A stretch of DNA of 64,000 nt from Eledone cirrhosa (GCA_964016885.1 OZ024757.1:22134001-22198000); one strand, 5' to 3'; shown: positions 24,677 to 38,314, counted from the stretch's first letter. Numbers and translations are program-made. Notes: a model not told the origin generated them from the sequence alone.

Positions 24677-26706
24677 CACAGCTGAGAGATACCACTCAGA
24701 CTGGGGTGTAGAGTCTGTCACAGCTGAGAGATACCACTCAGACTGGGGAGTAGAGTCTGTCACAGCTGAGAGATACCACTCAGACTGGGGTGTAGAGTCT
24801 GTCACAGCTGAGAGATACCACTCAGACTGGGGTGTAGAGTCTGTCACAGCTGAGAGATACCACTCAGACTGGGGTGTAGAGTCTGTCACAGCTGAGAGAT
24901 ACCACTCTGACTGGGGTGTAGAGTCTGTCACAGCTGTGATACCACTCAGACTAGGGTGTAGAGTCTGTCACAGCTGAGAGATACCACTCAGACTGGGGTG
25001 TAGAGTCTGTCACAGCTGAGAGATACCACTCTGACTGGGGTGTAGAGTCTGTCACAGCTGTGATACCACTCAGACTAGGGTGTAGAGTCTGTCACAGCTG
25101 AGAGATACCACTCAGACTGGGGTGTAGAGTCTGTCACAGCTGAGAGATACCACTCAGACTAGGGTGTAGAGTCTGTCACAGCTGAGAGATACCACTCAGA
25201 CTGGGGTGTAGAGTCTGTCACAGCTGAGAGATACCACTCAGACTGGGGAGTAGAGTCTGTCACAGCTGAGAGATACCACTCTGACTGGGGTGTAGAGTCT
25301 GTCACAGCTGAGAGATACCACTCAGACTGGGGAGTAGAGTCTGTCACAGCTGAGAGATACCACTCAGACTGGGGTGTAGAGTCTGTCACAGCTGAGAGAT
25401 ACCACTCAGACTGGGGAGTAGAGTCTGTCACAGCTGAGAGATACCACTCAGACTGGGGTGTAGAGTCTGTCACAGCTGAGAGATACCACTCAGACTGGGG
25501 TGTAGAGTCTGTCACAGCTGAGAGATACCACTCAGACTGGGGAGTAGAGTCTGTCACAGCTGAGAGATACCACTCAGACTGGGGAGTAGAGTCTGTCACA
25601 GCTGAGAGATACCACTCAGACTAGGGAGTAGAGTCTGTCACAGCTGAGAGATACCACTCAGAGACTAGGGTGTAGAGTCTGTCACAGCTGAGAAATACCA
25701 CTCAGACTGGGGAGTAGAGTCTGTCACAGCTGAGAGATACCACTCAGACTGGGGTGTAGAGTCTGTCACAGCTGAGAGATACCACTCAGACTGGGGAGTA
25801 GAGTCTGTCACAGTTGAGAGATACCACTCAGACTGGGGAGTAGAGTCTGTCACAGCTGAGAGATACCACTCAGACTGGGGTGTAGAGTCTGTCACAGCTG
25901 AGAGATACCACTCAGACTGGGGTGTAGAGTCTGTCACAGCTGAGAGATACCACTCAGACTGGGGAGTAGAGTCTGTCACAGCTGAGAGATACCACTCAGA
26001 CTGGGGTGTAGAGTCTGTCACAGCTGAGAGATACCACTCAGACTGGGGAGTAGAGTCTGTCACAGCTGAGAGATACCACTCTGACTGGGGTGTAGAGTCT
26101 GTCACAGCTGAGAGATACCACTCTGACTGGGGTGTAGAGTCTGTCACAGCTGAGAGATACCACTCTGACTGGGGTGTAGAGTCTGTCACAGCTGAGAGAT
26201 ACCACTCTGACTGGGGTGTAGAGTCTGTCACAGCTGAGAGATACCACTCAGACTGGGGAGTAGAGTCTGTCACAGCTGAGAGATACCACTCAGACTGGGG
26301 AGTAGAGTCTGTCACAGCTGAGAGATACCACTCAGACTGGGGTGTAGAGTCTGTCACAGCTGAGAGATACCACTCAGACTGGGGAGTAGAGTCTGTCACA
26401 GCTGAGAGATACCACTCAGACTGGGGAGTAGAGTCTGTCACAGCTGAGAGATACCACTCAGACTGGGGTGTAGAGTCTGTCACAGCTGAGAGATACCACT
26501 CAGACTGGGGAGTAGAGTCTGTCACAGCTGAGAGATACCACTCAGACTGGGGAGTAGAGTCTGTCACAGCTGAGAGATACCACTCAGACTGGGGTGTAGA
26601 GTCTGTCACAGCTGAGAGATACCACTCAGACTGGGGAGTAGAGTCTGTCACAGCTGAGAGATACCACTCAGACTAGGGTGTAGAGTCTGTCACAGCTGAG
26701 AGATAC
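24677..26706. repeat. 42-bp minisatellite, about 48 highly homogeneous units
   Basis: Unit CAGCTGAGAGATACCACTCAGACTGGGG(T/A)GTAGAGTCTGTCA. Confidence 0.98.
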
Positions 26707-26817
26707 TGAGCATTTCACAGATATGTATACACTTAACATAATTTCTCTGGGTGGGACATGTCAAGACCCTTGACTTCAGTTGGAATAAATCTCTATGGGT
26801 TTCATTGCAAATACACA

Positions 26818-27107
26818 CAGCCGAAATGAGGTTCCTAGGAAAGTTCTTTGGAGTAACAGTACTCGATAGAGCTCAGAGATTAGAGAGTCACTCCAGGTAG
26901 AACCACGACTTCTCTGAATTGAGAGATCACAGCTCCGATACTATGGGCATGTGGTTAGAATGTCTCAGGAAAGAACCGCTGGACAGATTTTTACGGCAAA
27001 ACCAACTGGCAGGAGACCTAGGGGTAGACCCCGAGACTGATGCTTCTGACAGGACCCGCCGGAAGGAGTGTTTGAGGACTCTTCCTCCACGACCCTTTCA
27101 GGAATAA
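26818..27107 (+). pseudogene. RTE-like LINE C-terminal fragment
   Basis: AEMRFL..GVT..DR, IERSQLRYYGHVVRM and PTGRRPRGRP motifs with stops and frameshifts. Confidence 0.82.
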
Positions 27108-27299
27108 GTGGGCGAAAAAGAGGAAGAAGGGTTTCAATGACGAGAGTTCCAGTTGTTTGATTAACAAATCATCCTCTTTATAAAATTAACATGAAAGTGG
27201 CTGAGCATTCCACCAGACACATGTACCCTTTACATAAATCTCAGCAAAGATTGTAGTGGTGGTGCTGGTTGGCAGTAATGGTAGTGTTGGATAAAATAA

Positions 27300-27660
27300 C
27301 TGTTTCTACTTTTGGCACAAGGCCAGCAATTATCCCAGTGCATTACTGGTACTTTATTTTATCGACCCCCGTAAGGATGAAAGGCAAAGTTAACCTCGGC
27401 GGGATTTGAACTCAGATCATAAAGGGAGGTAACTCTATGCTTCAAAAGCATGGCGTCCGACCCTTACCGATACTGCCAATCCACCGCCCTGGATAAAATA
27501 ACATTACCATATTTGATTTGGCTTTTTACATTCTGAGTTCAAATCCTGCTGAGGTCACCTTTACCTTACATCCTGCCAGAATTGATAAAATAAAATACCA
27601 GTAAACTACTAGGGTTGATCTTCATCCAAAATTTGCTGGCCTTGTGCCTAAATTAGAGAT
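27300..27660. mobile_element. SINE-A minus copy (27300-27490) and diverged plus copy (27525-27660)
   Basis: Family A motifs in opposite orientations; the minus copy is flanked by direct repeats TGGATAAAATAAC (probable target-site duplication). Confidence 0.85.
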
Positions 27661-27930
27661 CAATATTTACTGTTGCTAGTGCTGTTGCTGACAGTGCTAC
27701 TGCTACTAGTGCTGAAGCAGCTGCTACTAGTGCTGCAGCTGATGCTAATGTTGTGCTGATGGTGTTTTAAGTATGTCTTTTGTACAAGCTATAAACTGGT
27801 AAGAAACACAGGAAGAGGTGTGAGAGCTTCTAGCCAATCAGTGGAGAGTGATAAAGAGACAGGGGAGGTAACTACGACTGGTTTGGCCTCAATGGTCAAC
27901 TTGAAGGTCTTTGATCAGCAGATCAAGTAC

Positions 27931-27933
<3 letters not shown>

Positions 27934-28003
<70 letters not shown>

Positions 28004-29174
28004 CCGGACGAGGTGGGGAGAGGAAGAGAAGAGATGGGGGACGGTGGGAGTGGGAAGTGGGAGAGAGAGAGAGAGAAAGAGGTGGGGAGTGGGAGAGAAG
28101 AGATGGGGGACGAGGTGAGAGGGAGTGGGAGGTGGGAGGAGAGAGAGAGGTGGACAGAGGGGGTGAGAGGTGGGGAAGGAGAGGGAGAGGTGGGAGAGGG
28201 AGATAAAAGGTATTAAATTGATAGAATGTTTGGCAGATCTACATACACATGTGTGTATATATATGTATATATGGATATACACACTTGCACACATACACAC
28301 ATATATATATACATGCACATATATATATACACATATATACATACATCTGTGTGTGTATAATTACATATGTGTAATACACACAAACACGCATACATGTATG
28401 CACACAATATTAATGTGTATTGCTACACAGGCAGTGATATATTTACACACTTCCCCACCCTAACTCTTGTTGCCATGAACATACGTTCACACACACACAC
28501 ACATACATACATACACATACATATATATACATACATATATACATACATACATTCATACATACATACATACATACATATATATATATGCATATACATACAT
28601 ACAGACATATATTCATACATACATATACATACACATATATATTCATACATACATGCATTCACACATACACATACGTACACATATTTCTATACATACATAC
28701 ATACATACACATACATATATATACATACATTCACATACACATACATTCACACACACATACATATATATATATATATAAATGTATACATACATACTTACAG
28801 ACATATATACATACATATATACACATACATACATTTATACATATTCACACATATACATATATTCACACATATACATATACATACATATATACATACATAT
28901 ATATACATACAGACAGACATGTATACATACATATACATACATGCATGCATGCATGCATATATATACACACATATACATACATACATACATGCATGCATGC
29001 ATGCATATATATACACACATATACATACATACATGCATGCATGCATATATATATACACACAGGCAAATCAGCAGATAAGTAGATAGACAGACAGCCAGGC
29101 ACACAGATGGATGAACTGAGTGACAGACAGACAGACAGACAGACAGACCAACAGACAGACAGACAGACAGATAG

Positions 29175-29205
<31 letters not shown>

Positions 29206-29390
29206 GATAGATAGATAGATGGACCAAACAACAGACAGGCAGATAGGTAGGTAGAGACAGATAAATACATTGATAGACAGACAGAGAGAGAGACAGACAG
29301 ACAGACATATAGACTGAGGGACAGACAGATAGACAGACATATAGGCAGAGATGTAGACCGACAGGCAGATAGACAGCTAGACAGCTAGAT
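27934..29390. repeat. (GA)n, G/A-rich, (CATA)n and (GACA/GATA)n microsatellite field
   Basis: Visible simple repeats. Confidence 0.9.
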
Positions 29391-30386
29391 GTCATGTGAG
29401 CTAGCTATAAATGAATAATAGATCAAAGGAGGGTTAGAAGTGTTCAATACATTGACATAAACAGACAGGAATAACATGGCACTAGCAGACTGTAGCAGCA
29501 GACAAACTTTGGTCAATTCCCAAACCTTTTAACACTTCACACCATTTGCTGTTTGCTGGGAGGGAGAATTTCAAACAAATGCTCCCGCTGGGAACACAAC
29601 AGCCCAACTTAAGGAGCAATTAATTCAAGTTTCTATAGATAGTTGCCAAAGGATTCTTCAGTTGTGTCAAAAACATGACAACTTTCCAAGTGCTGATTCA
29701 ACAATGAAATTCACCGAGTACACTCTGTAAAATTGTTGGCAATAGGAACGACTTCCAGATGTTGAGGACTTGTCAAATAAAAGGTTGATATAATTTCCAG
29801 TTGTGTCAAAGACGTGACAACCTACCATATAGTGGTTCAAAATTGAAACAAATGGACTTGGTACACCCTGTAAAGTGGTTGGTGAGAGAATGGTATCCTG
29901 CTGCAAACAAATTCAGTTTGGAGGACTCTTCAAAGACTAGGCAACTTCCCTAGTGTTGGTGATCTACATGATAAACACACCTAGTACACTCTTGAAAATT
30001 GTTGGTGATAGGAAGAGCATCTAGCTGTAGAAAACCTGCTAAACAAATGGGCTTGAAGTAGTCTTTAGTTGTGTCAAAAGCCACTGTTTAAAGTCCGGTT
30101 TTCCATGCCAGCATGGGTTAGATGGGTTGCCTCATTTGAGACAAGTCAGGTGACTGTGTCTTACTCATGCAGAACTGTTTCTGGCATGGTTTCAACAACT
30201 GGATGTCCTTCCTAATGCCAACCACATCTGTGCCAACAACATGACAACCTTCCAAGTGCTGGTCCCACTATTAAATGTACCCACTGTACCCACTGTACCC
30301 TGTAAAGTGGTTGGTGATTGGAAAGGCATCTAGCTGCAGAGGAATTGCCAAAGGGTGAAGAGGATACATGAATCCCATCGAAGAAC

Positions 30387-33225
30387 GACCTCCCAATTCC
30401 AGTGATGGTTCCACAATGAAATGCACCAGGTACACTCTGTAATGTGGTTGGAAACATGAAAGGACTCCAAAGAATGACCTCCCCATTCCAGTGCTGGTTC
30501 CACAATGAAATGCACCTGGTACACTCTGTAATGTGGTTGGTAACATGAAAGGACTCTAAAGAATTCACGTTCCCATTCCAGTGCTGGTTCCACAATGAAA
30601 TGCACCAGGTACACTCTGTAATGTGGTTGGTAACATGAAAGGACTCCAAAGAATGACCTCCCCATTCCAGTGCTGGTTCCACAAGGAAATGCACCAGGTA
30701 CACTCTGTAATGTGGTTGGTAACATGAAAGGACTCCAAAGAATGACCTCCCCATTCCAGTGCTGGTTCCACAATGAAATGCGCCAGGTACACTCTGTAAA
30801 GTGGTTGGTAACATGAAAGGCCTCCAAAGAATGACCTCCCCATTCCAGTGCTGGTTCCACAATGAAATGCACCAGGTACACTCTGTAATGTGGTTGGTAA
30901 CATGAAAGGACTCCAAAGAATGACCTCCCCATTCCAGTGTTGGTTCCACAATGAAATGCACCAGGTACACTCTGTAATGTGGTTGGTAACATGAAAGGAC
31001 TCCAAAGAATGACCTCCCCATTCCAGTGCTGGTTCCACAATGAACTGCGCCAGGTACACTCTGTAATGTGGTTGGTAACATGAAATCACTCCAAAGAATG
31101 ACCTCCCCATTCCAGTGCTGGTTCCACAATGAAATGCACCTGGTACACTCTGTAATGTGGTTGGTAACATGAAAGGACTCTAAAGAATTCACGTTCCCAT
31201 TCCAGTGCTGGTTCCACAATGAAATGCACCAGGTACACTCTGTAATGTGGTTGGTAACATGAAAGGACTCCAAAGAATGACCTCCCCATTCCAGTGCTGG
31301 TTCCACAAGGAAATGCACCAGGTACACTCTGTAATGTGGTTGGTAACATGAAAGGACTCCAAAGAATGACCTCCCCATTCCAGTGCTGGTTCCACAATGA
31401 AATGCGCCAGGTACACTCTGTAATGTGGTTGGTAACATGAAAGGACTCCAAAGAATGACCTCCCCATTCCAGTGATGGTTCCACAATGAAATGCACCAGG
31501 TACACTCTGTAATGTGGTTGGAAACATGAAAGGACTCCAACGAATGACCTCCCCATTCCAGTGCTGGTTCCACAATGAAATGCGCCTGGTACACTCTGTA
31601 ATGTGGTTGGTAACATGAAAGGACTCCAAAGAATGACCTCCCCATTCCAGTGCTGGTTCCACAATGAAATGCACCAGGTACACTCTGTAAAATGGTTGGT
31701 AACATGAAAGGACTCCAAAGAATGACCTCCCCATTCCAGTGCTGGTTCCACAATGAAATGCACCAGGTACACTCTGTAAAATGGTTGGTAACATGAAAGG
31801 ACTCCAAAGAATGACCTCCCCATTCCAGTGCTGGTTCCACAATGAAATGCGCCTGGTACACTCTGTAATGTGGTTGGTAACATGAAAGGACTCCAAAGAA
31901 TTCACGTCCCCATTCCAGTGGTGTTTCCACAATGAAATGCACCAGGTACACTCTGTAAAATGGTTGGTAACATGAAAGGACTCCAAAGAATGACCTCCCC
32001 ATTCCAGTGCTGGTTCCACAATGAAATGCACCAGGTACACTCTGTAATGTGGTTGGAAACATGAAAGGACTCCAAAGAATGACCTCCCCATTCCAGTGCT
32101 GGTTCCACAATGAAATGCACCAGGTACACTCTGTAATGTGGTTGGAAACATGAAAGGACTCCAAAGAATGACCTCCCCATTCCAGTGCTGGTTCCACAAT
32201 GAAATGCACCAGGTACACTCTGTAATGTGGTTGGAAACATGAAAGGACTCCAAAGAATGACCTCCCCATTCCAGTGCTGGTTCCACAATGAAATGCACCA
32301 GGTACACTCTGTAATGTGGTTGGAAACATGAAAGGACTCCAAAGAATGACCTCCCCATTCCAGTGATGGTTCCACAATGAAATGCACCAGGTACACTCTG
32401 TAATGTGGTTGGAAACATGAAAGGCCTCCAAAGAATCACCTCCCCATTCCAGTGCTGGTTCCACAATGAAATGCACCAGGTACACTCTGTAATGTGGTTG
32501 GAAACATGAAAGGACTCCAAAGAATGACCTCCCCATTCCAGTGCTGGTTCCACAATGAAATGCACCAGGTACACTCTGTAAAGTGGTTGGTAACATGAAA
32601 GGACTCCAAAGAATGACCTCCCCATTGCAGTGCTGGTTCCACAATGAAATGCACCAGGTACACTCTGTAATGTGGTTGGTAACATGAAAGGACTCCAAAG
32701 AATTCACGTCCCCATTCCAGTGCTGGTTCCACAATGAAATGCACCAGGTACACTCTGTAATGTGGTTGGTAACATGAAAGGACTCCAAAGAATGACCTCC
32801 CCATTCCAGTGCTGGTTCCACAATGAAATGCACCAGGTACACTCTGTAATGTGGTTGGTAACATGAAAGGACTCCAAAGAATGACCTCCCCATTCCAGTG
32901 CTGGTTCCACAATGAAATGCACCTGGTACACTCTGTAATGTGGTTGGTAACATGAAAGGACTCCAAAGAATGACCTCCCCATTCCAGTGCTGGTTCCACA
33001 ATGAAATGCGCCAGGTACACTCTGTAAAGTGGTTGGAAACATGAAAGGACTCCAAAGAATGACCTCCCCATTCCAGTGCTGGTTCCACAATGAAATGCGC
33101 CGGGTACACTCTGTAAAGTGGTTGGAAACATGAAAGGACTCCAAAGAATTCACGTCCCCATCCCAGTGCTGGTTCCACAATGAAATGCACCAGGTACACT
33201 CTGTAAAGTGGTTGGTAACATGAAG
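30387..33225. repeat. 89-bp satellite, about 32 units, with 90-bp variant units
   Basis: Unit GACCTCCCCATTCCAGTGCTGGTTCCACAATGAAATGCACCAGGTACACTCTGTAATGTGGTTGGTAACATGAAAGGACTCCAAAGAAT; diverged precursor-like copies at 29660-30340. Confidence 0.98.
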
Positions 33226-33818
33226 GTCTTCAGCAGTGTTAAAGACATGACAAGCTCCGTAGTGTTGTTTCAGAAACTGATATATTTGTAGAGTAATACT
33301 TGTGCTGGATCCTCCTCTTCTCCAGCATTCATTTCCTTGAGCAACCTTTTCAAGTAAGATGTTAAGCCACTTCTTTCCATTATTGATAGCAACTACATAC
33401 ATGTATATATGTGCGTGTGTGTGTATAATCATAAACATATATGTATAAACACGCACAAATATGGTAGTTTATACACATACGTATGTGTATAAGATAACAT
33501 ATATATATATGTATGCGTATAAACATCATTTATGTATGTGCATAATCTAACACACATATGTAGGCATGTGTATATACACAAACATATATGTGTGTGTGTA
33601 TAAACACACACATTTATATGTATCTATGTGTATAATCACATACATATATGTATATATGTGTATAAACTAACATATTTGTATGTATGTATGTATGTATGTA
33701 TATGAACACACACATGCATCAGGAAAGAATGCAACAAATGGGGGAAAGCTATTCATCTAATGTAAGTATAGAAAAATGTACATAAAATATAATGTATATA
33801 TACACACACATATATATA

Positions 33819-33854
<36 letters not shown>

Positions 33855-34019
33855 TATATATGCATATATATGTGTGTGTGTATATATATATGTGTATATA
33901 TATATGTGTGTATATATATCCCTTTGCTTAAATATATATATATATATATATATAAGCAAAGGGATTTTAGATTGATATATATATATATAGATATATATAT
34001 ATATATATATATTTATGTA

Positions 34020-34055
<36 letters not shown>

Positions 34056-34465
34056 TAGATATATATATGTGTGTGTACGTACACGTACACACATTCACAC
34101 ACACACACACACACATAGCTTTCTCTATCCGGTGCACGTTAAAATCTTATCTTATTTAGTATAATGGTATAAAGAAATACACAGCTGTGATGTATCACTC
34201 TTTCGGGTATGATGCCGGCTGCCAAACTACCCCAGTAACTAAAATCTATGAGTGAAGAATGCATTAGACAAAGTGGCATTCAAGAAGATTAGTCTTTCAG
34301 AGACTGAAAGACTGAAAGAGCAAAAGAAAGACAGAAACTCCATTTTGAAAGAAAGAAACTGGAATATCTCAGTTTCAGTGATATTGCTTATCTCATTATT
34401 CCTTTCCATCCTCACCACACACACACACACACCTATATGTATGTATGTATGTGTATGTGTATATA

Positions 34466-34501
<36 letters not shown>

Positions 34502-34767
34502 AAAGTTCTATTTAAAATTGTTGGGATACAACAAGTAAATATTTTTATAACTGATATAAAGCACTCGACAAGTTTTTGGAGTAGATATACGATATTAATA
34601 AATGGAAACTATATTTATAAAACCATATTTATTTCATTATACATATTTCAGGGATACCAAATTAAATTATGATATGCCTTCATCAGACAAAATACAATAT
34701 ATAACAGTTTTACAAATAAGCTTTGACGTACCCTATTAAAATGCAACCATTGTTTTTGGAAGTCATC

Positions 34768-35088
34768 CGGCCAATTCTGGACTAAAATGTTTTAGTCCAG
34801 AATTAGCCGTCGAAACGGTGAGGAGCCGGGTGGACCATAACGCACCGAGGTGCTCAATGCTTGGGGTGGTAGAGTGGGTGATGGGAACGAGGGGGACACC
34901 AACGGCTGAGCTCAAGCCGTTTCGACGGCTAATTCTGGACTAAAACATTTTAGTCCAGAATTGGCCGTCGAAACGGCTTGAGCTCAGCCGTCGGGGTCCT
35001 ACTCGTTCCTATTACCCACTCTACTGCCCTAAGTATTGAGTACTTTGGTGCGTTATGGTCCACCTGGTTCCTTACCACATTTCCTTCG

Positions 35089-35090
<2 letters not shown>
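34768..35090 (+). mobile_element. Fold-back Penelope-like retroelement copy with A>G-hypermutated left arm
   Basis: Arms 34817-34945 and 34948-35076 are inverted repeats; 34768-34818 is the exact reverse complement of 34917-34967; same family as the copies at 2181 and 55811; ends in (TA)n. Confidence 0.8.
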
Positions 35091-35148
<58 letters not shown>

Positions 35149-35404
35149 ACACATATCCATATGTATCCATACATATGTGTATGTGAGTATATGCACACGT
35201 GTGTATGTATTTCTGTCTGTGTGTGTGTGTATATATATATATATATACACACACACATACATATACAAATATATATATATATACATATACATATATAAAC
35301 ATATATATACATATACATATATAAACATATATATATAGATATATATGAATACATATATATATATATATATATATGTAGTATTCAGCCATGTAGAGTGAAA
35401 TTTT

Positions 35405-35452
<48 letters not shown>

Positions 35453-35747
35453 GGTCTTTAAAACTTATTAAAACACCTCGCTCCCCCACCACCACTACCA
35501 CTACCACATAAACCATTGCCATGATTAACCATTTCATTACCTTGATGACAAGACTTTTTCAAATCATTTCCGATGTCTAAATTCTTTATGTTTGTCGATA
35601 TGCTTATATTTGTTTGTTTCTTTGTTTAGCAGTCTCCTCACAATTCCATTTAGAACAGTCGCCATTACTTTACATGTCACCCTATAATACATTTAGCTGC
35701 ACATAAATATCTCCTCTTCATCCTTTTCTTCCTACTACTACTACTAC

Positions 35748-35785
<38 letters not shown>

Positions 35786-35992
35786 CTACTACTACCACTT
35801 CCTTACTACACTCTTTACCCAATCACCCTCTTTTCATCTCATGTTCATTATATATATATATATATATAATATAAAACGAAAAATCAGTGATGCATCTGGA
35901 CTCAGTTTATTGTGTGTTACAATTGTTTCGCCGGCAGATAGCTCGAGACGCGATCATTGTATGGATCTCTCTGATTCTAGATCTGCAGGTTC

Positions 35993-36075
35993 TTAATAAC
36001 TCATATTGATACCCTGTAATTAACAAGCCTCGTAATTTTAGACACAAGATTTACTGTGTTTCTTACTACATATAT

Positions 36076-36145
<70 letters not shown>

Positions 36146-36228
36146 ATATATGTAGTAATAAACACAGTAAATCGTGTGTCTAAAATTACGAGGCTTGTTA
36201 ATTACGGGGTATCAATATGAGTTATTAA
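35993..36228. repeat. Long palindrome centred on (TA)n
   Basis: About 89-bp unique arms with 3 mismatches by manual alignment. Confidence 0.93.
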
Positions 36229-36321
36229 CTCTGCCTTTTATTTGTATGTATATATATATATAAGTATATATAAATGAAAGGTATAGAAAATATTGTAGCA
36301 AAAAGCCAACAGTATTCCATA

Positions 36322-36362
<41 letters not shown>

Positions 36363-36683
36363 CTGTAATAAACAACATAAGGCAATTATTTCATTTACCA
36401 GTGGTTTCTTAAAAGCAAAAAAATTTTGCTTTCAATCATCAGAATGAAAAAATCCTGGCGTATTTATTGATGTTGGATTTAAAAAAAAAAAAAATATATA
36501 TATTGGTGCTCTGAAATAGCGATATATATATGAATATATATACAGTGTATTTTGCAATACACTGTATGATTAATTAAAAGCATTTCGAAGACCTTACGCT
36601 ATTGTTTTAGAGTAGTGACAGTCTCACTTACTTTAAATTTTCAACAAACAGGGGAGATAAAGCTGACAGAGCTCTGTGTCGGG

Positions 36684-36846
36684 GAGATAAAGCTGACAGA
36701 GCTCTGTTTCATACTGTATAATCAGTTCCTGATTATTACTAGAATTCTATAAAAATCAAACATTCATGATTTTCAGCAAACAGGTGGAGTACTTAGCTTT
36801 GATAAGTACCAATCAGTACGAAACAGAGCTCTGTCAGCTTTATCTC
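36684..36846. mobile_element. MITE-like segment with 33-bp inverted repeats
   Basis: GAGATAAAGCTGACAGAGCTCTGTTTCATACTG ... CAGTACGAAACAGAGCTCTGTCAGCTTTATCTC; the left repeat is partly duplicated at 36651-36677. Confidence 0.65.
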
Positions 36847-37140
<294 letters not shown>

Positions 37141-37142
37141 AA

Positions 37143-37649
37143 CCAGTTTCTACTCTAGGCACAAGGCCAGTAATTACCACAGTACATTACTGGTACTTTA
37201 TTTTATCGACCCCGTAAGGATGAAAGGCAAAGTTAACCTCGGCGGGATTTGAACTCAGAATGGCAAGGGCCGTAACTCTATACGTCATAGCATGGCATCT
37301 GACCCTCTACCGATACTGTCAATCCACCGACCTCTCATAATAATAATAATAATAATAATAATTGTTTCTACTTTTGGCACACTGCTACTTTTAGCATTAC
37401 TGGTACTTGGAATAATTGCTGGCCTTGTGCCAAAAGTAGAAACAATTATTATAATTATTATGAATGGCGGTGAATTGGCAGTATCGGTAGAGGGTCGGAT
37501 GCCATGCTTTCTAGCATAGTTACGTCCCTTTACGGTCTGAGTTCAAATCCCGCCGAGGGTAACTTTGCCTTTCATCCTTACGGGGTCGATAAAATAAAGT
37601 ACCAGTAATACACTGGTATAATTGCTGGCCTTGTGCCAAAAGTAGAAAC

Positions 37650-37655
<6 letters not shown>
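37143..37655. mobile_element. Head-to-head pair of SINE-A copies
   Basis: Minus copy 37143-37335 and plus copy 37465-37655, with inverted tail fragments between them. Confidence 0.88.
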
Positions 37656-37699
<44 letters not shown>

Positions 37700-38314
37700 G
37701 GGGGGGAGAAAGAAAGAGAGGAGGTGGGAGAAGTATTCAGATAGAGAGAGAGAGAGAGAGACATGTATTCTGACACATTGAGAGTGACAGGCATTTAGAC
37801 ATTCAAACCAACAGACAGATAGATAAAACATGTGGAAGACATTCAGACAGAGAGAGAGAGAGAGATTGTGAGAGACAGAGAAAGAGAGAGAGGGACAAAT
37901 AGAGAAAGGGTGAGAGAGTGAGGGGGCAAATAGAGAGAAAGGGTGAGAGAAATAGAAAGGGTGAGAGAAATAAAGAGAAAGAGAGAGAAAGACAGATATT
38001 CTGAGAGACAGACAGAGAGAGAGAGGGGGGAGAGAGATAGAGAGAAAGACACATATTATGAGAGAGAGAGAGACTGTCTATCTGTCTGTTTGTCAAACAG
38101 ACAGACAGACAGACAAAGAGACATGACAGACCAAGGTGAAAGTAAGGTGTCATCATATTCATACATTAGAATTTAATCAAGATTCTGAAAAGTCACGTTG
38201 GTAATTATTCCATTTGTAATTCCAACGATGAAGATATTTCATTACTAATTAATGTTAATTAGGCTTCAGGACTACTTCCCTCATCCCACCCCCTTATCTT
38301 TTCCCACCCCATCA

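Noticed and set aside
24617-26651. ORFs with VTDSTPQSEWYLSA repeats; CRISPR-like appearance
   Set aside because: Head-to-tail units with no unique spacers, sporadic stops and frameshifts, eukaryotic context and no cas genes.
30212-33199. 995-aa minus-strand ORF and overlapping ORFs
   Set aside because: The 89-bp unit lacks stops on this strand and cycles through all three frames; retroposon-derived satellite with no domain signal.
35993-36228. A>G hypermutation in the TA-centred palindrome
   Set aside because: Only three arm mismatches, of mixed type and without bias, unlike 34817-34893.
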